From Acidimicrobiia bacterium (GTDB taxonomy: Bacteria > Actinomycetota > Acidimicrobiia > Spongiisociales > ZC4RG35), in contig CBDBCY010000004.1 in the NCBI GenBank assembly GCA_965203555.1, positions 96,001 to 160,000 of the forward strand: 64,000 bases of DNA, in the 5' to 3' direction. Below the pieces are notes generated by a model that had not been told where the DNA came from, did no database searches, and worked only from the letters and a program-made list of their open reading frames with translations. Shown in pieces: positions 27,416 to 35,628 of this stretch (positions are counted from its first letter, which is position 1; each line of letters begins with the position of its first letter). The position numbers and the translations under genes are program-made.

Positions 27416-30265
27416 TTGGCGGGGTCTTTATCATTCCCACTGGTGGCGCCCCTGACTGACTATCTGACTCCCGAGGCCCGTGCCCGGATGGAGATCGACC
27501 GGCAGTTGGAGGCGTGTGGATGGGTGGTGCAGGATTACAAAAACGCTGCCGTGAGGGCGGCGCAAGGTGTAGTCGTGCGGGAAGTGCCGACCGAGGCGGG
27601 ACCGGCCGACTACGTGCTCTATGTGGACAGGCAGGCGGTGGGCATCATCGAGGCCAAGCCTGCCGGAACCACGCTCACGGGGGTTGAACCCCAGACCCGC
27701 AAGTATCAACTGTCGTATCCGGTGGGACTGCCTGCGATTCCGGTGGAGGGCGCCCTTCCCTTTGGGTACGAGTCCACCGGTGTCGAGACCCGGTTTACCA
27801 GCAATTTGGATGAGGTGCCTACCTCGCGGCGCGTTTTCTCGTTCCATCGACCGGAGACACTGGGGCGCTGGCTGAACGACTACAAGGATGTGGACAGTGT
27901 GTCCGGGATCCGTGGCGGATTGCACCTCCTGCCGGAATTGGGCAACACAAAGCTGTGGCCTGCTCAGGTCGAGGCGGTCCGAAACCTGGAGGGATCGCTT
28001 CGGGACAACCGGCCTCGGGCACTGATCCAAATGACCATGGGCTCGGGGAAGACCTTCACGGCTGTAAACGTGTCATATCGCCTGCTCCGCTACGCAGGTG
28101 CTCAACGGGTGCTGTTTCTGGTTGACCGGGCACATCTCGGCCGCCAGGCCCTTCGGGAGTTCGAAGGCTTCGACACGCCCGACGACGGTCGCAAGTTTAC
28201 CGAGTTGTATCACGCCCGCTTGCTGAGTTCCTCGGACTTCGATATCGCCCATGAGCAGGCCACCAAAGTCCATGTGGCAACGATTCAACGGCTCTATTCC
28301 GTCCTGCGGGGTAAACCGATTGATGATGCTTTGGACGAAAAGACCGGCTTCGAGACCGCTCCGGAACGCCCTGTCGAGGTCACCTACAACCCGCGGTTGC
28401 CCATCGAGTCGTACGATGTGATCATCATCGACGAGTGCCACCGCTCGATCTACGGGGTATGGCGACAGGTTCTGGAGTACTTCGACGCCTTCCTGATCGG
28501 GCTCACCGCAACGCCGGGAAAGCAGACCTTTGGCTTCTTCAACCAGAACCTGGTAATGGAGTATGGTCATGAGCAGGCCGTGGCAGACCGGGTGAACGTC
28601 GATTTCGACGTGTTCCGCATACGCACCGAGGTCAGCGAGGAGGGTGGGATCGTTCCCGCCGGGTACGTCACCGAGTTCCGGGATCGGGAAACCCGCCAGC
28701 AGCGCTTCGACCTGATCGACGAGGACTTCGAGTACACCGCCGGGCAACTCAACAAGAAGGTGGTGGTCCCCGATCAGATCCGCACCATCGTTCGAACCCT
28801 GCGGGATTCGATGCCCATGATGTTCCCTGATCGGATGGTGACGGAGGACGGTCGGCTCCAGCATGTCCCAAAGACACTGTTTTTCGCCCAGTACGACAGC
28901 CACGCCGACGACATCGTGCAGATCGTTCGGGAGGAGTTCGGTCTGGGCAATCTCGGAGCGGTGAAGATCACCTACAAGTCGGGAGAATCCGGCCACAAAC
29001 CCGAGGATCTTCTGCAGAGGTTCCGTACCAGTTATGAAACCCGGATCGCAGTGACGGTCGACATGATCGCCACCGGCACCGATGTCAAGCCCATCGAGTG
29101 CGTGGTGTTCATGCGCATGGTGCGAAGTCGCAACTTCTTCGAGCAGATGAAGGGTCGGGGCGTGCGGGTGATGAATTCCGGCGACTTGCAGGTTGTCACT
29201 CCCGACGCCCAGGCCAAGGAGAGGTTCGTGCTGGTGGATGCAGTGGGGGTTACCGAGACCGATCTCCATGACACGGTTCCGCTCGAACGGAAGCATGGTG
29301 TGGGCTTCGACCGACTGCTCAACCTGATCGGACTGGGCGATGTCAGCGAGGATGTGGTTTCATCGGTGGCCTCTCGTCTAGCCCGTCTCGACAAGCGCAT
29401 CACCTATACCGACCGCACCGAAGTCGAAGAGATCGCTGGCATGAGCCTCGGCCAAGTCGCCCGAGGTATGGTGGACGCTTTCAATCCCGACCACCACTAC
29501 CAGGCGGCCCGGATCGCCACCGGGGAAGACGAGCCTCATCCGGATCAGATCGCCGCCGCCCGCCGGCAGATGATCGAAGAGGCGGTGCAACCTCTGGCTG
29601 GCAACTCCGGCCTCCGGGAGAAGCTGATCGAGATACGCCGCAGCTACGAGCAGATCATCGATACTGCCACCAAAGACCGAGTGCTGTCCGGCGAGTTCTC
29701 ACGAGACGCCACTGACCGGGCGAAAGCCACAGTCGAATCGTTTCGAGAGTTCATCGAGGACAACCGAGAAGAGATCAACGCCTTGGACGTGCTCTATCGC
29801 CTGCCATACCGAGCGAGACTGACCTACGACGACATCCGTGAGTTGGCCAATGCCATCAAGCGACCGCCCCGGGCCTGGACACCGGACGTGCTCTGGCGTG
29901 CCTACCAGGTGCTCGACGCCTCCAAGGTGCGGGGATCGGGACCCCGGGTCAACACCGATCTGGTCAGCCTGGTGCGCTATACCCTGGGTTCGGCAGACGA
30001 ACTGGTGACCTATCCGGCCCTTGTTGAAGAGAGATTCCAGACCTGGCTGGCCCAACAGGCCGACGCGGGTCGGGCGTTCAGCGCCGAGCAACGTGCCTAT
30101 CTGAATCTCATCAAGGACCACCTCGCCGCCAGCCTGTCGGTCGAGCGTCGCGACCTGCAAGAACTCCCCTTCAGTGCCAACGGCGGCTTGGGTCGCGCAA
30201 GACAACTATTCGGTCAGGGCCTGGATAGACTCCTTTCGGAACTCACCCGGGAATTGGCGGCATGA
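27416..30265 (+). CDS. hsdR: Type I restriction enzyme R subunit
   Basis: ADY...IIEAK nuclease motif, MTMGSGKT, DECHR, TATP, QMKGRG; exact start uncertain. Confidence 0.95.
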   Translation: MAGSLSFPLVAPLTDYLTPEARARMEIDRQLEACGWVVQDYKNAAVRAAQGVVVREVPTEAGPADYVLYVDRQAVGIIEAKPAGTTLTGVEPQTRKYQLSYPVGLPAIPVEGALPFGYESTGVETRFTSNLDEVPTSRRVFSFHRPETLGRWLNDYKDVDSVSGIRGGLHLLPELGNTKLWPAQVEAVRNLEGSLRDNRPRALIQMTMGSGKTFTAVNVSYRLLRYAGAQRVLFLVDRAHLGRQALREFEGFDTPDDGRKFTELYHARLLSSSDFDIAHEQATKVHVATIQRLYSVLRGKPIDDALDEKTGFETAPERPVEVTYNPRLPIESYDVIIIDECHRSIYGVWRQVLEYFDAFLIGLTATPGKQTFGFFNQNLVMEYGHEQAVADRVNVDFDVFRIRTEVSEEGGIVPAGYVTEFRDRETRQQRFDLIDEDFEYTAGQLNKKVVVPDQIRTIVRTLRDSMPMMFPDRMVTEDGRLQHVPKTLFFAQYDSHADDIVQIVREEFGLGNLGAVKITYKSGESGHKPEDLLQRFRTSYETRIAVTVDMIATGTDVKPIECVVFMRMVRSRNFFEQMKGRGVRVMNSGDLQVVTPDAQAKERFVLVDAVGVTETDLHDTVPLERKHGVGFDRLLNLIGLGDVSEDVVSSVASRLARLDKRITYTDRTEVEEIAGMSLGQVARGMVDAFNPDHHYQAARIATGEDEPHPDQIAAARRQMIEEAVQPLAGNSGLREKLIEIRRSYEQIIDTATKDRVLSGEFSRDATDRAKATVESFREFIEDNREEINALDVLYRLPYRARLTYDDIRELANAIKRPPRAWTPDVLWRAYQVLDASKVRGSGPRVNTDLVSLVRYTLGSADELVTYPALVEERFQTWLAQQADAGRAFSAEQRAYLNLIKDHLAASLSVERRDLQELPFSANGGLGRARQLFGQGLDRLLSELTRELAA

Positions 30266-31572
30266 CTGCTCAACTGCCCAAAGGGTGGGAATCCGCGCGG
30301 CTGGGGTCCTTAGGAGTTGAAGTCAAAGGTCAGACAAGACCGATACCGGAAGTAGTCTACGACCTCTATAGCGTTCCAGCCTTTGCACTCGGTCGACCTG
30401 AGCGCATTGACGGTGCAAACATTAGAAGTGGCAAGCGATCTGTTGAGGCAGGGGATGTGCTACTTTGCAAGATAAATCCGAGAATTAATCGCGTGTGGTG
30501 TGTAGGTCCTGCGGATGGGATACCACAGATTGCTTCAACGGAATACCTCGTGTTGCGGCCAAGCAACAAAGTCTTAGCTTCTTATCTATGCTACTATCTC
30601 TCCTCGCCTATATTCCGAGAGTGGATCGAGCTGTCAGTGGAAGGTGTCACTGGTTCACACACCCGCGCTAAGTCGGGTCCAATCCTGGACCAAATGCTTC
30701 CAGTAGCTCCCATTGCCGAGCAAAAGCGGATTGTTGAGATTATAGAAGATCTTTTCTCTCGGCTTGATGAGGTTGAGTCAGTATTTCAATCCTTGCTTTA
30801 TAAGCTAGAATCTCTTCGCGCAGCTATTCTAGCCAATGCCTTTCACGCCAATCGTGACCTTCCACCTGGTTGGAAGTGGGCAACAGCAGCAGATGTCGCC
30901 CATTACATCCGAGGTGTCACATTTAAAAAGGTGGATTCTTCAACCGAAGAAGCACCTGGGTTAGTACCGATAGCTCGCTCTGGCAACGTTGAACCCGGTC
31001 GTACACGATTTACTGAGAATCTTGTCTATGTTCCTAAAGAACGGGTGGCTGCCAACCAATATCTGCGTGAAGGAGACGTTTTGATCGCCACCTCTAGTGG
31101 TAGCCTCTCCGTCGTGGGAAAGTCGGCCATAGTCGCTGACCATTGGCATGGTGCACACGGAGCCTTTATGGCGGTGTTGCGACCTACTACTCAAGTATAT
31201 CCGAGGTTCCTTGGTTCTTTCTTGCAATCCCAGGCAAACCGGAAGAGATGGCAGGAGCTGGCAGCAGGGACTAATATCAACAATCTGAAGAAGCGCGATC
31301 TGCTCTCAACAGCAATACCTTTGGCGCCCCTTAAGGAACAGATGGTCATTATTGAAGAAATCGGCACGAGTTTTTCCTGCCTCGATTCTATTGAGACGTC
31401 ATTGCAAGAGGGACTAAATCGAGTTAAGACTCTCCGCCGATCGGTGCTCACCGAGGCCTTTGCCGGTCGCATGGTTCCGCAAGATTCCGACGATGAGCCA
31501 GCTTCGACACTGCTAGAACGAATTACAGTATCTCAACTGGGCAAGGGGTTCCGGCGGAGAGCAAAGATATGA
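30262..31572 (+). CDS. hsdS: Type I R-M specificity subunit
   Basis: LPKGW start, two TRDs, conserved PxAPxxEQ helices, PQDSDDEPASxLLERI tail. Confidence 0.93.
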   Translation: MTAQLPKGWESARLGSLGVEVKGQTRPIPEVVYDLYSVPAFALGRPERIDGANIRSGKRSVEAGDVLLCKINPRINRVWCVGPADGIPQIASTEYLVLRPSNKVLASYLCYYLSSPIFREWIELSVEGVTGSHTRAKSGPILDQMLPVAPIAEQKRIVEIIEDLFSRLDEVESVFQSLLYKLESLRAAILANAFHANRDLPPGWKWATAADVAHYIRGVTFKKVDSSTEEAPGLVPIARSGNVEPGRTRFTENLVYVPKERVAANQYLREGDVLIATSSGSLSVVGKSAIVADHWHGAHGAFMAVLRPTTQVYPRFLGSFLQSQANRKRWQELAAGTNINNLKKRDLLSTAIPLAPLKEQMVIIEEIGTSFSCLDSIETSLQEGLNRVKTLRRSVLTEAFAGRMVPQDSDDEPASTLLERITVSQLGKGFRRRAKI

Positions 31573-33032
31573 CTACGTCTCAGCATACCTTGGTGCAAAA
31601 ACTCTGGAACTTTTGCGATGTGCTTAGGGATGACGGCCTGTCATACGGTGATTATGTAGAACAACTCACCTATCTGTTGTTTCTTAAGATGGCCGATGAG
31701 CAGCGCCGGCTTCTTGGTGACACTCCAGTTGTGCCTGAAGGTCTCGACTGGCCATCGCTCTTGCGGCGCTCCGGGGTGGCGCTTGAGGTTCATTACACCG
31801 ACATTCTTGGGAATCTGGGCTCCCGACCGGGCATGCTCGGGGTGATATTCCGCAAGGCCCGCAATCGGATCCAGAGTCCGGCCAAGCTCGAACTGCTCAT
31901 TAAGGACTTTGTGGACGATCACGAGTGGTTGAGCCTTGAGGCTGATGCCAAGGGTGACGCATACGAGGGCCTGATTGAGAAAACAGCTCAGGAAGGGGCC
32001 CGCGGGGCGGGTCAGTATTTCACCCCTCGAGCTCTCATCTCGGCAATCGTTGATGTGATGCGTCCCGACCCGATGGATCGCATCTGCGACCCGGCCTGCG
32101 GGACCGGCGGGTTTTTCCTCGGCGCTTACGAGTCGATCGCAACTCGCTTTCCCTCGCTCGACCCTGACCAACGCAGTCACCTGCGCTCCGGCGCGTTCAC
32201 TGGCTGGGAGATCGCCGACTTGCCTGCACGGTTGTGCGCCATGAACCTGTTGCTCCACGGTCTCGCTGGCCCCGATTCCGATTCGCCCATCCATGTGGAC
32301 GACGCTCTCCGCGAAGATCCCGGCGAACGGTTCCACATGGTGCTGACCAATCCTCCGTTCGGCCGCTCGTCGTCCGACAGCTATGAGCGCGAGGACTTCT
32401 GGGCCACCACCCGCAACAAACAACTGAACTTCGTCCAGCATGTGATCAGTCTGCTCCGAGTCGGGGGCTCGGCGGCAGTGGTCGTGCCCGACAACGTGCT
32501 GTTCGAGGCTGGCGCAGGGGAGACCATCCGCCGTCGCTTGCTACACGATTGCGATGTTCACACCTTGCTTCGTCTTCCCACCGGCATCTTCTACGCCCAG
32601 GGAGTGAAGGCCAACGTCCTCTTCTTCGACCGCCGCGAAGGCGGCGCCCACGCCTGGACCCGGGAGTTGTGGGTTTACGACCTGCGCACCAACAAACACT
32701 TCACGCTCAAGCAGAAACCCCTCACTCGGGCAGACCTCGACGACTTCGTTGCCTGCTACAACCCAGACAACCGCCACCAGCGAGTGGAGAGCGAACGGTT
32801 CAAGCGGTACACCCACGACGAGTTGATGGCTCGCGACAAGGTCAGCCTGGACCTCACCTGGCTCCGCGACGAAAGCCTGGAAGACCTCGACAACCTTCCT
32901 CACCCCAGCGTGATAGCCCAAGAAATGCTGGAGGAACTGCAGTCGGCCTTGGCCGAACTGACCGCCCTGACCGAGATGCTCGAGGACATCGGGGAAACTT
33001 CGACCCGCGCCGCCGAAGGCAGCGCCGGATGA
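31569..33032 (+). CDS. hsdM: Type I R-M N6-adenine methyltransferase
   Basis: GQYFTPR, DPACGTGGF, NPPF motifs. Confidence 0.96.
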   Translation: MTTSQHTLVQKLWNFCDVLRDDGLSYGDYVEQLTYLLFLKMADEQRRLLGDTPVVPEGLDWPSLLRRSGVALEVHYTDILGNLGSRPGMLGVIFRKARNRIQSPAKLELLIKDFVDDHEWLSLEADAKGDAYEGLIEKTAQEGARGAGQYFTPRALISAIVDVMRPDPMDRICDPACGTGGFFLGAYESIATRFPSLDPDQRSHLRSGAFTGWEIADLPARLCAMNLLLHGLAGPDSDSPIHVDDALREDPGERFHMVLTNPPFGRSSSDSYEREDFWATTRNKQLNFVQHVISLLRVGGSAAVVVPDNVLFEAGAGETIRRRLLHDCDVHTLLRLPTGIFYAQGVKANVLFFDRREGGAHAWTRELWVYDLRTNKHFTLKQKPLTRADLDDFVACYNPDNRHQRVESERFKRYTHDELMARDKVSLDLTWLRDESLEDLDNLPHPSVIAQEMLEELQSALAELTALTEMLEDIGETSTRAAEGSAG

Positions 33033-33041
33033 AACCGGAAG

Positions 33042-33063
33042 TGTCACACCCCCCTCTTAAGCT
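33042..33063 (+). promoter_or_regulatory. PafBC/RecA-NDp-like promoter
   Basis: TGTCAC-ACCCCCCTCT-TAAGCT matches TGTCR-type box + N10 + TAnnnT geometry. Confidence 0.6.
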
Positions 33064-33108
33064 CCATAATCGTAAGAGCCAACAGGGAACTGCGGGGAGG
33101 CAAGCGTC

Positions 33109-33870
33109 ATGAGCAATCGATCCGGGATTGAATGGACAGAAACAACCTGGAACCCCACCACCGGTTGTGACCAGGTGTCCATAGGATGTGACAACTGCTA
33201 CGCGCTCTCCTTCGCGAAGCGTCTCAAGGCGATGGGCCAACCCAAGTACCAGAACGACGGCGACCCTCGCACCAGTGGCCCCGGTTTCGGACTCACGCTC
33301 CACCCCAAAGTACTGGATGATCCTTACCGATGGAAGTCGCCCAAGTTCGTGTTTGTCGACTCGATGAGCGACCTGTTTCACCCTGAGGTGCCTATCGATT
33401 TCATCCAACGTGTTTTCGAGGTCATGGCTGACACCTCCCATCACACTTACCAAATACTTACCAAGCGTTCCAAGAGGCTCTCGAAACTCGCGCCCCAGTT
33501 GGACTGGCCTCCAAACGTCTGGATGGGGGTGAGCGTTGAAACCCGCCGCTACACCTTCCGAATCGACCACCTTCGAACTGTCCCCGCAGCGATCCGGTTT
33601 ATCAGCGCCGAACCTCTCCTGGGCCCTCTTCCCAACTTGGATCTCACCGACATCCACTGGTTGATCGCAGGCGGCGAAAGCGGTCTTAACGCTCGACCTA
33701 TGGAAGAAGCATGGGCTCTCGATTTACGGGATCAGTGCGCCGCCGCGGACGTTGCTTTTTTCTTCAAGCAGTGGGGCGGCCGCACTTCCAAGTCGGGAGG
33801 CCGTACCTTAGACGGTCAACTATACGACGCTATGCCTGTACGTGATGCAGCCGTAGCCAAGGCGAGTTAA
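33109..33870 (+). CDS. DUF5131 / phage Gp37/Gp68 family three-Cys (radical-SAM-like) protein
   Basis: IEWTxxTWNPxxGCxxVSxGCxNCYA (Cx6Cx2C), SMSDLFH, LTKR, GGESG, FFKQWGG. Confidence 0.93.
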   Translation: MSNRSGIEWTETTWNPTTGCDQVSIGCDNCYALSFAKRLKAMGQPKYQNDGDPRTSGPGFGLTLHPKVLDDPYRWKSPKFVFVDSMSDLFHPEVPIDFIQRVFEVMADTSHHTYQILTKRSKRLSKLAPQLDWPPNVWMGVSVETRRYTFRIDHLRTVPAAIRFISAEPLLGPLPNLDLTDIHWLIAGGESGLNARPMEEAWALDLRDQCAAADVAFFFKQWGGRTSKSGGRTLDGQLYDAMPVRDAAVAKAS

Positions 33871-34854
33871 GTGCGGTATTGGGGATTTTGGACGAGGGGC
33901 AAATTGGACATACTGCGCCGGTATCTGGATGCATTCACCACAACGACGAAATACAAGGCATCCGAAAGAATATATATCGACGCTTTTGCCGGAGAGCCTG
34001 TGAATCGCGATCGACTGACCGGTGAGGATATCGAGGGTTCAGCAGTTATAGCTCTGTCAACGGACAATCCTCCTTTTACCCGCTTGAGATTCTTCGAGAC
34101 TGAAACCAATGCACCTGAACTCGAGCGATCACTACGGGAACGATACCCGGGCCGTGATCTGAAGGTGCTGGGTGGAGACTGTAATGAATTGATTCCTCAA
34201 GAACTCAAGCGACTGCAACGTTTCAACTGGGCTCCTACATTCGCGTTTGTTGATCCTAATGGGCCGCATACTCACTGGTCGACCCTCAAGGCTCTGGCAG
34301 GATTCAAACCCAAAGGATATACCAAGACAGAAGTATGGCTGTTGTTTGCGGCAGGAATGTTCATACGGATGCTGCCGGTCACCGGTGAAGTGCTTGACGA
34401 ACATGCCGAGAAGCTGACAAGGATGTTTGGGAACGAACAGTGGCGTTCCATCTATGTAGCTCGTGTGAAAGGAGGGATTTCACCGAGTGATGCTCGCGAG
34501 GAATATGTGAATCTTATGCGGTGGAGGCTTGAGAAGGACCTTGGCTACAAATGGTCGCATCCATTTGAGGTCTTCAATGAGCAAGGTCATTCCATCTATC
34601 ACATGATCATGGCGACAGATCACCAAGCGGGTACCGACATCATGGCAAACCTCTATGGTAAGGCCGCTGCGGAGTTTCCGGTTATGCGCAGGGAGGCTCT
34701 CCGTCACAGGGAACGGCTTCGCGAACAGGAATTCGGAGTACGTCGGCTGTTTGATGAAGAGGTGATGGTTGCATCGACGGATGGGTATTCCGAGTCGGCG
34801 CCACTGTACAGATACAAGTCTCCTTGGACGCCATACGGAATGGTCGAGCCATGA
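33871..34854 (+). CDS. tcmP: Three-Cys-motif partner protein (TcmP-like SAM methyltransferase fold)
   Basis: WTxGKLxILxxYL, YIDAFAG, FVDPNG; abuts the DUF5131 gene. Confidence 0.85.
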   Translation: MRYWGFWTRGKLDILRRYLDAFTTTTKYKASERIYIDAFAGEPVNRDRLTGEDIEGSAVIALSTDNPPFTRLRFFETETNAPELERSLRERYPGRDLKVLGGDCNELIPQELKRLQRFNWAPTFAFVDPNGPHTHWSTLKALAGFKPKGYTKTEVWLLFAAGMFIRMLPVTGEVLDEHAEKLTRMFGNEQWRSIYVARVKGGISPSDAREEYVNLMRWRLEKDLGYKWSHPFEVFNEQGHSIYHMIMATDHQAGTDIMANLYGKAAAEFPVMRREALRHRERLREQEFGVRRLFDEEVMVASTDGYSESAPLYRYKSPWTPYGMVEP

Positions 34855-34963
34855 TCGTGCAATGCCAGATTGAGATCGGATGATTTCGTGAAGCCGCCGT
34901 GGTCGGAGTGCGGGAGTGCCCGCAACTGACCGGTGACCGGCTCTGGGCGAAAGGTTGGGCAAA

Positions 34964-34986
34964 TTCAGCCTCCTAAGAGGGCTGAA
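34964..34986. terminator. Stem-loop between island and comEA
   Basis: TTCAGCC...GGCTGAA inverted repeat. Confidence 0.35.
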
Positions 34987-35025
34987 ACAGTGGACTTGGG
35001 GGCGGAAACATATCCATAGTGGGGT

Positions 35026-35628
35026 ATGGGCAGGACGCATTGGGGACTGTCGGCGGTGCTGTTGGCCACGGCGGTGGGGGCTGGGATCTTCTTTGGGATG
35101 TGGCAACCCCGTCCCCCGGAGGTCACCCCGGCGGGTGATGTAGGGGTCGTTTCGCTCGCGCCGGTGGATGTAGAGGAAGCGGTGGGCCAACGGGAGAAGC
35201 ATATCGTCGTGCACGTATCGGGGGCAGTGTTGAATCCGGGGTTGGTGAAAGTCGGCTCGCCGGCCCGGGTGGGAGACGTGATCATGGCGGCCGGAGGGGC
35301 TTTGTCCGATGCTCGGCTGGGAGAGATCAACCTGGCGGCGCCGGTGGTGGATGGCAGTCAGGTGGTGGTACCCGGACTTCGAACCGGACCCCGAATGGGG
35401 GATGGTTGGAATGGGGAGGGTGCGGAGTCCTCTGACCGGATCAGCATCAACCGGGCCACCTCCCAGGAGTTGGAAGCAGTTCCCGGGCTGGGGCCGGTCC
35501 TGGCTGCCAGGATCGTCCAGTATCGGCAGGCCAACGGGCTGTTCCGGGAGGTGGAGGATCTCTTGGACGTGTCCGGTATAGGCGAAAAGAAGCTTGCCGG
35601 CCTTCGGGAATACGTCGTCGTTCCCTGA
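35026..35628 (+). CDS. comEA: Competence DNA-binding protein ComEA
   Basis: N-terminal TM, VHVSGAVxNPG (SLBB), INRAT...PGLGPVLA...GIGEK HhH. Confidence 0.95.
   Translation: MGRTHWGLSAVLLATAVGAGIFFGMWQPRPPEVTPAGDVGVVSLAPVDVEEAVGQREKHIVVHVSGAVLNPGLVKVGSPARVGDVIMAAGGALSDARLGEINLAAPVVDGSQVVVPGLRTGPRMGDGWNGEGAESSDRISINRATSQELEAVPGLGPVLAARIVQYRQANGLFREVEDLLDVSGIGEKKLAGLREYVVVP

Noticed and set aside
33109-33870. Prophage implied by the Gp37/Gp68 family name
   Set aside because: No structural, terminase or integrase genes; the family is common in non-phage islands.
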